Of a stretch of DNA of 64,000 bases, positions 51,134 to 61,113 are shown one piece after another. A program made the translations under genes and the position numbers. Positions within the stretch are counted from its first letter, which is position 1. Each line of letters starts with the position of its first letter. The DNA is from Candidatus Poribacteria bacterium (GTDB taxonomy: Bacteria; Poribacteria; WGA-4E; WGA-3G). Location of the stretch: positions 448,001 through 512,000 of the forward strand of contig CBDANF010000002.1 of the NCBI GenBank assembly GCA_965197475.1, in the 5' to 3' direction. The notes beneath the pieces are model-generated. The model worked only from the letters and a program-made list of their open reading frames with translations. It was not told the DNA's origin and searched no databases.

Positions 51134-54100
51134 ATGCGACACATAAAACCCATCGTTTGGCTCATTTTTATCCTATCCGGTGCAAGTGCCCTCATCTATG
51201 AAGTCCTATGGATGCGGCAACTGACGCTTGTCTTCGGCAGCACTGTTTTTGCGACAAGCACCGTGCTGACTGCATTCATGGCAGGACTCGCACTCGGCAG
51301 CTTCTACTTTGGCAGAAAGATTGATGAGAGCAAACTATCGCCGTTAAAACTTTATGCCCTTCTTGAAGCAGGCATCGGTGGATTTTGTCTCATCTGGCCC
51401 CTGCTACTAACCTTACTGACTGCCCTTTATGTCCTTATTTACCGCAACATTACATCTGAATTCTATACCCTCTCACTTATTCGCTTTGTGTTGACCTTTG
51501 GCATTCTGCTAATTCCCTCTACATTGATGGGTGGCACGTTACCGATATTGACACGGTTTTTTGTCAAAAGGTTGGAACAACTTGGAACAAACATCGGGAT
51601 TTTGTATGCGTTGAATACATTTGGCGCAGTTATTGGGACTGTGGCAGCAGGGTTTTTCTTAATTGAAGCTTTGGGTATCAAATGGACACTCGGTGTGGCA
51701 GTTGCGATTAATTTCGGTGTAGCTTTAGTAGCGTTGGTATTGGCACGGCATGCACACAAGATAGAATCAGATGAAGATGAGGAGTTAACAGAACAAGGGA
51801 TAACCAAAGCGAACGAACAGGACACACAACCGCAACAACCTGCTGTCGGTGGATTGCAGATAAAAGAAAGGCAATTAGTACTGTGGAGTATAGGCATATC
51901 CGGTTTCTGTGCTTTAGCTTATGAGGTGCTATGGACTCGTATTCTCGTATTTTTTCTGGGTAGCACAACTTATGCGTTTGCCACGATGCTCGCTGCGTTT
52001 CTGTTCGGTATTGCATTGGGCAGCATGATTTTAGCACGATGGGTTGATCAGATAAAGCAACCTGTTATCACTTTCGGCATCGTACAACTCGGCATAGGAC
52101 TCTTCGCGCTTATCCTTATGCCTGCTTTTGAGCAGTTATACGGGATAACCTCTGCGCTTCAGTCTACTTTTGGCGGGAGTAGATTTTGGGCATTCTTTTC
52201 CTGCTTTATTGTAATGTGCATTCCAACTTTTTTAATGGGTGCAAGTTTTCCGCTGGTAACGAAAATCTATACCGGCAACGCACGTCAACTTGGTAGAAGC
52301 ATCGGTAACGTCTATGCGGTTAACACAGTAGGGAGTATTTTGGGAGCGTTTTGTGCGGGGTTTGTGCTAATTCCACTACTGAATATCCGTCCCAGCATTG
52401 TGTTGGCGATTGTGTTGAACACAAGTATCGGATGTGTGCTTGTTTTGACAGGATGGCGCGCATCTACGGATGCAGGTATCAATAATGAAAAAGCGGGAAG
52501 TGGATTCAAGTCGGTTCTACAAGGGATAGGAATCGGGGTGCCGATACTCAATGTTGGATTAGCGGTTATCTTATTATTCACTTTAAGTCAACCGATCTTT
52601 CTGAAAAGCACAATTTACAAAACGCAACGCCCGGGGGATGTAGTTGTCGCTTATGAAGAGGAGATAGACGCAACAGTAACAACCTTGAGGGATGATGAAG
52701 GTGTCTATCGTCTCTATGTGGATGCAAATCAAGCAGCAGATGCTTCACGGTGGGATTCCCCATCGCATCGCGTTATTGCGCATCTGCCGTTGCTATTACA
52801 TCCCAGTCCGAAACGCGCCCTCGTCGTGGGGTTCGGCATGGGACTTACCTCACACTCAATTACACAACACGGGGTGCAAGTTGATGCAATAGAATTGTCA
52901 AAAGGGGTGATTTCTGCAGCACAAAAACATTTTATACATATCAATGGTAATATCTTTGAAAATCGCTTGTTAAATTATACATTAAATGATGGACGCAACC
53001 ATATTTTAATGACACAAAAAAAGTATGATATGATTTCAACAGGCATCATCCATCCGCTTGTCAGTGCTGGAAGTTCCAATATCTATACAGCAGATTTTTA
53101 CCGCTTGTGCAAAAGAATCCTTGCTGAGGATGGAGTGATGTGTCAGTGGGTGCCGTTACATCGTTTACCAGAGGCGCATTATAAGATGATTGTCCGCACA
53201 TTTATCAATGTTTTTCCAAATACGACTCTCTGGTATAAATACACCCCCGACTTTGTGATTCTTATCGGTACTCGTAAGCCGCTATCAATTGATTACAAAG
53301 ACTTTATGGCACGCAGCCGGATACCAAGTATCCGGGAAGGACTCGCTGCGGATGATTTAGACGGTATGTCGCTACTTGACTCTTTTATGATGGGTCCAGA
53401 AGCGGTGCGCGAATATGCAGGCGTTGGACCTATCCATACAGATGACCGTCCAAGATTGGAATTCTTCAAAGGGGCAGATTTAGCGAACTCTACCGTAAAA
53501 AATATTACTGGTATGAAAGAGTTTCGACAAAGCGTTACGTCCGTTAAATCGTTGCTGAAAAATTACGGTACCACATTAGAAGAGAAAAGAGAGGTTAAGG
53601 CAAAGATTGATAGGTACTTTGAAGCCACACAGAAATTGATTCTCGGACAAATTGCTTATGCCAAGGCACAGTCCGCGCTTGCCAGTGGACAAATTGGCGA
53701 TTTCAATTCCCAACTCGAAAGTGCGAGTGTTATGATAAACGAAGCGGTAGGAATTAATCCAGAAGATGAAACAATTCGCTATAATTTTGGTGTTGTCAGT
53801 GGCTTGATTCGCGAAGATGAACAGGAAGAACTGCGACAGATTGAACAGACAGAGCAACGTAGAGTACGGCAAAACCCCGATGACATTCAGCGGCATCTGA
53901 ATTTAGCGGTTGTGTATGAGTTGCAGAGAGAGCTCGGGAAAGCTTCATCTGAACTTGAGAAATTTCTCAAGCGCGATCCGAGCAGAGTTGATGTTTACCT
54001 ACTCTTGGGGCCACTGTATGAACGCCAGGAGCGCAATAAACAGGCACTTCACACCTACGAGCGATTAGAACAGGTTGATCCTAACTTACCTGCGCCAATT

Positions 54101-54376
54101 TTTGCTGCAATGGCACGGCTTAACTTGGTACTAAAGAATGTTGATGAAGCGAAGCGGTATGCTCAAAAAGGGTTGGAAACAGATGCCAATTCGTGGCGAT
54201 CATATTACATCCTCGGCAACGTTTATGCTGCTATGAATCGACCTCAAAAACAGCAAGAACACTATGCAGATGCCCTAAAATATATAGATCGAGAGATGCC
54301 TTTTACCCAAGATCCAACAGACCTACAATTTGCTAAACAAAAAATTCAAGATAAACTTGATAAGATACAAAAATAG
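51134..54376 (+). CDS. Fused membrane (MFS-like)/spermidine synthase-like protein with C-terminal TPRs
   Basis: SGASALIYEV.W.R, LYALNT.GA duplicated membrane halves, VVGFGMGLT, DGRN, TDDRP.LEF, TPR-like tail. Confidence 0.85.
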   Translation: MRHIKPIVWLIFILSGASALIYEVLWMRQLTLVFGSTVFATSTVLTAFMAGLALGSFYFGRKIDESKLSPLKLYALLEAGIGGFCLIWPLLLTLLTALYVLIYRNITSEFYTLSLIRFVLTFGILLIPSTLMGGTLPILTRFFVKRLEQLGTNIGILYALNTFGAVIGTVAAGFFLIEALGIKWTLGVAVAINFGVALVALVLARHAHKIESDEDEELTEQGITKANEQDTQPQQPAVGGLQIKERQLVLWSIGISGFCALAYEVLWTRILVFFLGSTTYAFATMLAAFLFGIALGSMILARWVDQIKQPVITFGIVQLGIGLFALILMPAFEQLYGITSALQSTFGGSRFWAFFSCFIVMCIPTFLMGASFPLVTKIYTGNARQLGRSIGNVYAVNTVGSILGAFCAGFVLIPLLNIRPSIVLAIVLNTSIGCVLVLTGWRASTDAGINNEKAGSGFKSVLQGIGIGVPILNVGLAVILLFTLSQPIFLKSTIYKTQRPGDVVVAYEEEIDATVTTLRDDEGVYRLYVDANQAADASRWDSPSHRVIAHLPLLLHPSPKRALVVGFGMGLTSHSITQHGVQVDAIELSKGVISAAQKHFIHINGNIFENRLLNYTLNDGRNHILMTQKKYDMISTGIIHPLVSAGSSNIYTADFYRLCKRILAEDGVMCQWVPLHRLPEAHYKMIVRTFINVFPNTTLWYKYTPDFVILIGTRKPLSIDYKDFMARSRIPSIREGLAADDLDGMSLLDSFMMGPEAVREYAGVGPIHTDDRPRLEFFKGADLANSTVKNITGMKEFRQSVTSVKSLLKNYGTTLEEKREVKAKIDRYFEATQKLILGQIAYAKAQSALASGQIGDFNSQLESASVMINEAVGINPEDETIRYNFGVVSGLIREDEQEELRQIEQTEQRRVRQNPDDIQRHLNLAVVYELQRELGKASSELEKFLKRDPSRVDVYLLLGPLYERQERNKQALHTYERLEQVDPNLPAPIFAAMARLNLVLKNVDEAKRYAQKGLETDANSWRSYYILGNVYAAMNRPQKQQEHYADALKYIDREMPFTQDPTDLQFAKQKIQDKLDKIQK

Positions 54377-54396
54377 GAGGAAAATACAAACCAATT

Positions 54397-56409
54397 ATGT
54401 CCCAAGAACCTTCTTTAAAACGGACACACTATTGTGGTGAGCTGCGTTTGAGTGATACTGGCACCACTGCCCGACTCAACGGCTGGGTCAGACGTCGTCG
54501 TGACCATGGCGGTGTGATTTTCGTCGATTTGCGCGATAGGACAGGGATCACGCAGGTCGTCTTTGACCCGCAGATTGACGAAAAAGCGCACGCCCTTGCG
54601 GATGCTGTCAGAAGTGAATTTGTCCTGCATGTCAGCGGTACTGTCCGTGAACGTGCTCCTGGCGAACTACTCTTCACAGCAGATGCAGCATTTCAATCTG
54701 AACTATCCAATGCTACCGCGTTGTCAGCCGAATTTCGTTCCATTTTTTCCGATTTAGATACGAAATACACACTTTCCGATGACATCAAAGTTAACGTTCG
54801 CGAGCCTGAAAAACGATGGCTGCTCACAGATGTGGAAAATAATAGAACTTACGACATAGCGCGTGAAGCGGACAGTCTCAATGTCTATCAAGGTACCGTT
54901 AATCCAGAACTTGACACAGGTGAAATAGAAATTGCGGTTGATACGTTGAATATTCTCAATACTGCCAAAACCCCACCGTTCCCTGTTGAAGACGATATTG
55001 AAGTGGCAGAAGATATCCGGATGCGGTATCGGTTCATTGATTTGCGGCGACCGGAAATGCAAAAAACACTCAAAATGCGGCATAAAGCTGCACTTGCCTC
55101 CCGCAACTACATGAATGAACAGGGGTTCCTTGAAATTGAGACCCCTATCTTGATGAACAGTACGCCGGAGGGTGCACGTGATGTTCTTGTGCCGAGTCGT
55201 CATTATCCCGGTAAATTTTATGCGTTACCGCAATCACCGCAACAGTTTAAGCAGATTCTGATGATGAGTGGGGTTGACCGTTATTTTCAGATTGCGCGCT
55301 GCTTCCGAGATGAAGATACCCGCGCTGATAGACAACTTGAGTTCACCCAACTTGATATTGAGATGTCTTTCGCAGATGTTGACGATGTGCTTGAGGTTAC
55401 TGAAGGTTTGATGAAACGAATATTTGAGGAATCGGGTAACATTCCAGTTCAAACGCCTTTCCTGCGGCTTCCCTACCACGAATCGATGGCACGGTTCGGG
55501 AATGACAAGCCGGATACGCGCTTCGGTATGGAACTCACAGACCTCTCCGATGTTATGGCAGACTGCGATTTTCAGGTGTTCACCCGCGCGCTGTCTTCCG
55601 GTGGACAGGTGAAAGGTATTGCTGTTCCTGGAGGTGCAGATTTTTCAAGGAAAGACATTGATGATTTGACAGAGTTCGTTGCCACCTACCGAGCGAAGGG
55701 ATTGGCATGGATTAAGGTTACGCCGGAGGGTTTTTCATCAGGGATTGTCAAGTTTTTCAAGACAGAACAGCTCGAAACAGCACAAGAAAGAATGGGTGCG
55801 AAACCTGGGGACATCATGTTCTTTGTCGCTGATCGACCAAAAGTTATCGCAGATGCACTCGGCAATCTTCGTCTACATCTCGGTCATAAACTTAATATGA
55901 TTGATGAAAATCGGTACAACTTTTTGTGGATTGTTGATTACCCACTGTTTGAGTGGAACGAAGAAGAAAATCGCTACGAACCGTTCCACCATCTCTTCAC
56001 CGGTGCAACTGAAGAGACTTTGCCTCTATTAGATACTGAGCCAGGTAAAGTTCAGAGTCAACATTACGATCTGGTTTGCAACGGGTCAGAAATTTGTAGT
56101 GGAAGCGTTAGAATTCATCAATGGGATGTCCAACAGAAAATTTTTGAAATTCTGAAGATAAAACCGGAAGATGTCAAAAACAGATTCGGTTATTTCATTG
56201 ACGCTTTGGAATATGGGACACCACCGCATGCGGGGATTGCACCAGGGCTTGACCGTATCGTCATGTTAATGCGGAACGAGGAAAATATCCGCGAGGTAAT
56301 TGCGTTTCCAAAATCTCAACAGGGGTTGTGCCCGCTTACACACGCACCGTCTACTGTGACAGAGGCACAATTGGAAGAGTTGTCTATTCGCGTGGATGTG
56401 GATGAATAG
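54397..56409 (+). CDS. aspS: Aspartate-tRNA ligase (probably non-discriminating) with a 77-aa insertion
   Basis: RTHYCGEL, RRRDHGG, LPQSPQ.FKQ, CFRDED.RADRQ.EFTQ, GAD domain, PPHAGIAPGLDR. Confidence 0.97.
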   Translation: MSQEPSLKRTHYCGELRLSDTGTTARLNGWVRRRRDHGGVIFVDLRDRTGITQVVFDPQIDEKAHALADAVRSEFVLHVSGTVRERAPGELLFTADAAFQSELSNATALSAEFRSIFSDLDTKYTLSDDIKVNVREPEKRWLLTDVENNRTYDIAREADSLNVYQGTVNPELDTGEIEIAVDTLNILNTAKTPPFPVEDDIEVAEDIRMRYRFIDLRRPEMQKTLKMRHKAALASRNYMNEQGFLEIETPILMNSTPEGARDVLVPSRHYPGKFYALPQSPQQFKQILMMSGVDRYFQIARCFRDEDTRADRQLEFTQLDIEMSFADVDDVLEVTEGLMKRIFEESGNIPVQTPFLRLPYHESMARFGNDKPDTRFGMELTDLSDVMADCDFQVFTRALSSGGQVKGIAVPGGADFSRKDIDDLTEFVATYRAKGLAWIKVTPEGFSSGIVKFFKTEQLETAQERMGAKPGDIMFFVADRPKVIADALGNLRLHLGHKLNMIDENRYNFLWIVDYPLFEWNEEENRYEPFHHLFTGATEETLPLLDTEPGKVQSQHYDLVCNGSEICSGSVRIHQWDVQQKIFEILKIKPEDVKNRFGYFIDALEYGTPPHAGIAPGLDRIVMLMRNEENIREVIAFPKSQQGLCPLTHAPSTVTEAQLEELSIRVDVDE

Positions 56410-56737
56410 GACAGCCCCTGACAGCGGATATCCTAAACATAATGTTCTATAACAGAGCTTAAAGACTTGGGCGGATGAGGGTTAGTGAATTGCTGCCGCC
56501 CTTTTGAGGCAGTCATTGGGGCCGCCTTCAGGTAAATCAGGGTTAATAAATAGTGATAATTTCGGTCATTCTGTATACAGTATTACTCCTTCATTGAAGC
56601 AATAGTTAGATACGATGCGCGCCTGCAGGTAAAGACGCATACGCGACACCTAAAAGTTACCGAAAATTACTTTACTTCATCAATCCTGCGACAAACCGTA
56701 ACGGAGGTAAAACTCCACATACAAAAGGAAACAAACA

Positions 56738-58318
56738 ATGAATGAAAACCGAAATGGAAAGAATGAGCTTGGGATACTTTACGGTATTATCATCGCTATC
56801 ATAGTTGGTGCACTTGTCGGTGGCTTTGCTCCCGATTTTGCCGAGCACACGCACATATTGGGTGATATCTTCTTAACCATGCTCAAGATGATTGTTGTTC
56901 CACTCGTTATTTTCTCTATGGTGGTTGGTATTACGAACTTAGGTGATATCCGAAACCTCGGCTCTATTGGTGGACGCACCGTGCTTTACTATATGGCGAC
57001 TACCGGCATCTCTGTTGTCATCGGGATGATTCTCGTTAACATCATTGCCCCCGGAAAAGGTCTTTCGTCGGGTGAAGAACTAACGAATTCAAACTATACG
57101 TTAAGTGGTACAGATAGCCTGACTGTTACATTAGATGGCCAAGTGACCGGAAACTATACCGATAAATATGTCATCACACTCGACGATCAAAATGTGATGG
57201 GCGAGATAAAAACTATTGATGGCAATACAGTCACTGTAGATCGATGGCAAGTTATATCAGATGATGTGGAATACATCGTAGCAGAGAGTGGTAACCTGCT
57301 GATGGTCACTGACAAACAATTTAGCGATTTGGATCCCAAAGAAACGGGTACCGGTGTTAAAATTTCCCTACCAATTGCCTCAAGAGTTCAAGGTAAAGAG
57401 CAACGGACTATGGTTGGCACCATTATAGAGGTGTTCCTCGGTAACAAAGAAACTGGAAAACAGGGTATGATTCCATCAAATGTCTTCAAGGCGATGGCGA
57501 ACATGGAAATCCTACCGCTCATCTTTTTCTCACTGCTCATTGGTGCAGCTTTGTCAGTCATCGGTGAAGTAGGTAAACCCGCTATAGCTATCTTTAACGC
57601 GTTTAATGGAGCAGTGATGCAGATAGTTAACTGGATCATGTTCCTCGCGCCGGTAGGTATCTTTGGCTTAATAGCTGGTAGGATAGGAAAGGCAGATGGA
57701 TTCGCTGGATTCTGGCCAGAATTAGTCGCTGTCGGAAAATATAGTGTGACGGTGATATTAGGACTTGGTATCCACGGTATCTTTGTACTACCGATCCTGC
57801 TTCTCGTTTTAGGAAGGCGAAACCCTTTGGGATACGCCAAAGGTGTGGGAACCGCATTACTGAACGCCTTCTCTACCGCAAGTTCAAGCGCTACCTTGCC
57901 GCTAACAATGGAAGGGGTTGAAGAACAAAACGGTATCTCTAATCGGACTGCAAGTTTCGTTTTGCCATTAGGCGCGACCATTAATATGGATGGCACAGCA
58001 CTGTATGAGGCAGTCGCTGTCATGTTCATCGCACAGGTATACGCTATACCAATGGGACCGGTGGAGCAGATAATTGTTGTGTTAACTGCAACACTCGCCG
58101 CGATCGGTGCTGCAGGTATACCTGAAGCAGGACTCGTTACGATGGTCATTGTTCTGAATGCTGTTGGGCTACCGATCGAAGGTGTCGCCTTGATACTCTC
58201 GGTTGATTGGCTTCTTGACAGATTCCGCACCACCGTCAACGTCTGGGGCGACAGCGTTGGTGCTGGTATCATTGAAACTTATGAATCTGGGGATTCTGTT
58301 GAAGTTCCAGCAACTTAG
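56738..58318 (+). CDS. Dicarboxylate/amino acid:cation symporter (DAACS, GltP/GltT-like)
   Basis: LKMIVVPL, AFSTASSSATLP, GATINMDGTALYE, GAAGIP, LDRFRTTVNVWGD. Confidence 0.95.
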   Translation: MNENRNGKNELGILYGIIIAIIVGALVGGFAPDFAEHTHILGDIFLTMLKMIVVPLVIFSMVVGITNLGDIRNLGSIGGRTVLYYMATTGISVVIGMILVNIIAPGKGLSSGEELTNSNYTLSGTDSLTVTLDGQVTGNYTDKYVITLDDQNVMGEIKTIDGNTVTVDRWQVISDDVEYIVAESGNLLMVTDKQFSDLDPKETGTGVKISLPIASRVQGKEQRTMVGTIIEVFLGNKETGKQGMIPSNVFKAMANMEILPLIFFSLLIGAALSVIGEVGKPAIAIFNAFNGAVMQIVNWIMFLAPVGIFGLIAGRIGKADGFAGFWPELVAVGKYSVTVILGLGIHGIFVLPILLLVLGRRNPLGYAKGVGTALLNAFSTASSSATLPLTMEGVEEQNGISNRTASFVLPLGATINMDGTALYEAVAVMFIAQVYAIPMGPVEQIIVVLTATLAAIGAAGIPEAGLVTMVIVLNAVGLPIEGVALILSVDWLLDRFRTTVNVWGDSVGAGIIETYESGDSVEVPAT

Positions 58319-58319
58319 T

Positions 58320-58643
58320 TTAACGTGAATTTAAATAAGGTTCAATGTAGGTTGGTTGAACCGAAGGTGAAACCCAACATTTTATGGTATCTATAGATGT
58401 TTATTGTTGGGTTTCGCAAGCTCAACCCAACCTACGATCTAACTGGAAGATGTTCCTGTGGGAGGCGTTTTCAACGCCGACTATATCGGGCTTACAAAGC
58501 CTTCCCACAAAAAGGATCACCTTGCTACAAGCATCTCTGGCACTAAATTGACACTTATGGGTTGAACATAGCGAAACCCAACAAATGTCATAAGCGTATT
58601 TATTAGCATAGATGCACTACGAATTTAGTTGAACTCACGTTAA
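58320..58643. mobile_element. MITE-like element packed with REP doublets
   Basis: Ends TTAACGTGAATTTAAATAA / TTAGTTGAACTCACGTTAA; inside gtaggttggttgaa..gaaacccaaca / tgttgggtttcg..caacccaacctac, tgtgggagg.. / ..ttcccaca and a third GAAACCCAAC unit. Confidence 0.7.
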
Positions 58644-58780
58644 TTTATCCTGTTAAACACGTTTTACAAGCGTGTAATTGAAAATGTGAAGTCTTCCTTG
58701 GAAGGTGCAAGCTTCGGAAGTGACCCCTTTCAGAGAGCGTACCTATCTGAGGAAGATTTCAAAACACTCCTACACAAAAA

Positions 58781-61108
58781 ATGAACTCTCAAAACAATGC
58801 AACTCCCCGACAACCTGGAATTTCGGGCGAGTCTGCTCTTGCAATTATAAGCGTCGCGCTCGCAGCTTTTTGGATAGCATTCGCCTTCTACAAAGGTGTG
58901 AATCCTGGCGCGGATGGAAATCGGATTATGTTATTGCATCCGATCGTTCCCATCGCGCTCATTGGGCTGCTTATTCGTATTTACCGATGGGTGGGGATAA
59001 AATTTGTCGTCCAGCTTGAAATCATCATGATCGCTGGCTGGCTCTTTATCAGGATGTTGGGAGTCTTCATGCCTTTCATTCTGGGGTTCGGGTTTGCCTA
59101 TCTTTTCAGGTTTCTCTGGCGGGCACTTCCATTTAAGAAGATTTACCAACGTGCCATTGCGACTGTACTGATTGTGCTTATTTGTAGCAGTGTCTTGATT
59201 TTTACTGGCTTCCGAGTCGGCAATCAAGTAGGGCAAATGGCACAAGGGCTACAGAAATTTTTTCACGAAAGATTGCTACCGTTGGTTGTAGGCGAAGAAT
59301 TTATAGCATTTGCAGTTGATGTCTCTGGCGAGACAGAAACACTCTTCCTCGGTACCGATCATGGAATATATTTTTTTCAAATTGAAGAAAATACAGATAC
59401 TAAAAAAGAGAACGAAAAACCGAAAAAGGTGGGTATCACAAACGGTGAGCTTGTTGGAAAGCCAATTCAAACAATTGCCGTGAGTGATGAATATATCTAT
59501 GCAGGCACTGTAGGTGGTGTGTACCGATGCAGTAAGGGAATTACAAAAACTTCCCTGATTGCGCCGAAGAAAGAATTGATTTGGACTAAAATAAATGCCA
59601 CACTTTTTGATAACCGTTCTGTTCAAGCTATCAATATACCATCCTGGAATCCTTCGTTTATTTATGTCGGAACAGAAAAAGGTCTTTTTAAAGGTGAATA
59701 TAAAAGTGACGATTTAATACAAGAGTGGTCTCAAGTTGAAATTGAAGACTTTGAAGAAATGCCTATTGTCAGTGTAAATTCTATTGAGAAATATGATACC
59801 ACACGCAAAACGAGAACTATTTATGCCGTTAGTACTATTGAAAAAACTGATCAAGTAGTTCAGCAAACGGACCAACAAACAGATACAAACGCTAATGGTG
59901 ATCCCCAAAATATTGATAACACGGAGACGACTGCACAGGATTCTACTAATGTGGGTAAGGCAATAGACGAAAAATCAAATGATGATCCAAAACCGGGCGA
60001 AATTACCACAGTTGTATATCACCATTCGGCGAGTTCTGTTGTGATGGGATGGAGGGAACTTTCCTCAAATAAAGATGATAAACCTATGCCAAAGATTAAG
60101 GTCCTCACTGCTACCGATAAGAGTGAGGTTGAACTCTACGCTGGCACAGTGGATGGCATATATCAATGGAATAAACGGGATAAATGGAACAGGATGGAGG
60201 ATTCGAATCGTCTTCCGAAATCCATTTCTCTGGTAGTTTCTGCACCTTCCGGACTATACGCCGGAAACGATAGCGTTATCCATCACCGCCCGAGTGGTGA
60301 AACGGCATGGAAAGAGTTTGCTCTAAAAGAACAAGGTATTCTGATCTATAGGGATGAACCGTTTGTCAAACAGTTTCAAGAATATCTAACCATGAAAATC
60401 CCGGGATGGACAGCAAGTGGTGGTGCATTTGTTCGGTGGTTGTCCGGATTAGCGGGGTCCATCGCTTTTCAGTTCGGCGGATTCCTTGCAACTATTTCCT
60501 TAGCATTCATCGTTTTTGTTTATGCAAGCCAAGGGTTTGACAAGTATTTCCGTAGTTTCATTCGTTTAATTCCAGAAAAACATCGCGAAACCACAAGGGC
60601 ATACCTACGAGAAATTGATAAGAATATGCATCAATTTCTCAAAGGGCAATTCACGGTGATCGTAATTGTTTCTATTATCTCTTGTATCGGCTACCGCATT
60701 GTTGGTGTGCCTTTCGCGCTTCTCGTTGGTATATTAGCTGGACTCTGTAATGCAATACCAACCTTCGGTCCCTTCATCGGTGGCGGATTCGCGTACATTG
60801 CTATGTTGATGGGGCTCGCTGCAGGCGAATTCAACAGTACTTTCGGGTTTCTCATCCGTTGTGTATTTGTGTTAGGTGCTGTCCTCGGTATTCAGGCGAT
60901 TGACAATTCGCTTATTTCTCCGAAAGTGATGAGTAATGCTGTGGATGTTGATCCGTTGCTCATTATGTTTGCCGTTATAGTCGGTGCTTCAATCCTCGGT
61001 TTTTGGGGTGTATTGCTTGCTATTCCGATTATTGTTGTGATAAAATCTATCATTGCCGTTTCACAATCTGATGTAAATGAGGCGGATCCGCCACCTGCAC
61101 AGGAGTAA
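58781..61108 (+). CDS. AI-2E (PerM/TqsA) family transporter with large inserted beta-propeller-like soluble domain
   Basis: PFILGFGFAYL, FLKGQ, AGLCNAIPTFGP.IG, QAID.SLISPKVM...V...P, G..LGFWGVLLAIP; central LFLGTDHGIY/IYAGTVGGVY/IYVGTEKGLF/LYAGTVDGIY repeats. Confidence 0.85.
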   Translation: MNSQNNATPRQPGISGESALAIISVALAAFWIAFAFYKGVNPGADGNRIMLLHPIVPIALIGLLIRIYRWVGIKFVVQLEIIMIAGWLFIRMLGVFMPFILGFGFAYLFRFLWRALPFKKIYQRAIATVLIVLICSSVLIFTGFRVGNQVGQMAQGLQKFFHERLLPLVVGEEFIAFAVDVSGETETLFLGTDHGIYFFQIEENTDTKKENEKPKKVGITNGELVGKPIQTIAVSDEYIYAGTVGGVYRCSKGITKTSLIAPKKELIWTKINATLFDNRSVQAINIPSWNPSFIYVGTEKGLFKGEYKSDDLIQEWSQVEIEDFEEMPIVSVNSIEKYDTTRKTRTIYAVSTIEKTDQVVQQTDQQTDTNANGDPQNIDNTETTAQDSTNVGKAIDEKSNDDPKPGEITTVVYHHSASSVVMGWRELSSNKDDKPMPKIKVLTATDKSEVELYAGTVDGIYQWNKRDKWNRMEDSNRLPKSISLVVSAPSGLYAGNDSVIHHRPSGETAWKEFALKEQGILIYRDEPFVKQFQEYLTMKIPGWTASGGAFVRWLSGLAGSIAFQFGGFLATISLAFIVFVYASQGFDKYFRSFIRLIPEKHRETTRAYLREIDKNMHQFLKGQFTVIVIVSIISCIGYRIVGVPFALLVGILAGLCNAIPTFGPFIGGGFAYIAMLMGLAAGEFNSTFGFLIRCVFVLGAVLGIQAIDNSLISPKVMSNAVDVDPLLIMFAVIVGASILGFWGVLLAIPIIVVIKSIIAVSQSDVNEADPPPAQE

Positions 61109-61113
61109 CCCTA

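Noticed and set aside
54661-54891. Intein in AspRS
   Set aside because: No N-terminal Cys/Ser, no His-Asn end with a +1 nucleophile, and too short for a HINT fold
56520-56640. Tandem glycine riboswitch (two CAGGTAAA motifs before an amino-acid transporter)
   Set aside because: The conserved GGAGA and CCGAAG elements are absent, and GCAGGTAAA also occurs in the repeat region near 2542
57388-58272. Long antisense ORFs (294 aa here; also 46390-46998 and 62707-63333)
   Set aside because: Shadows of well-supported genes on the opposite strand with no recognisable motifs
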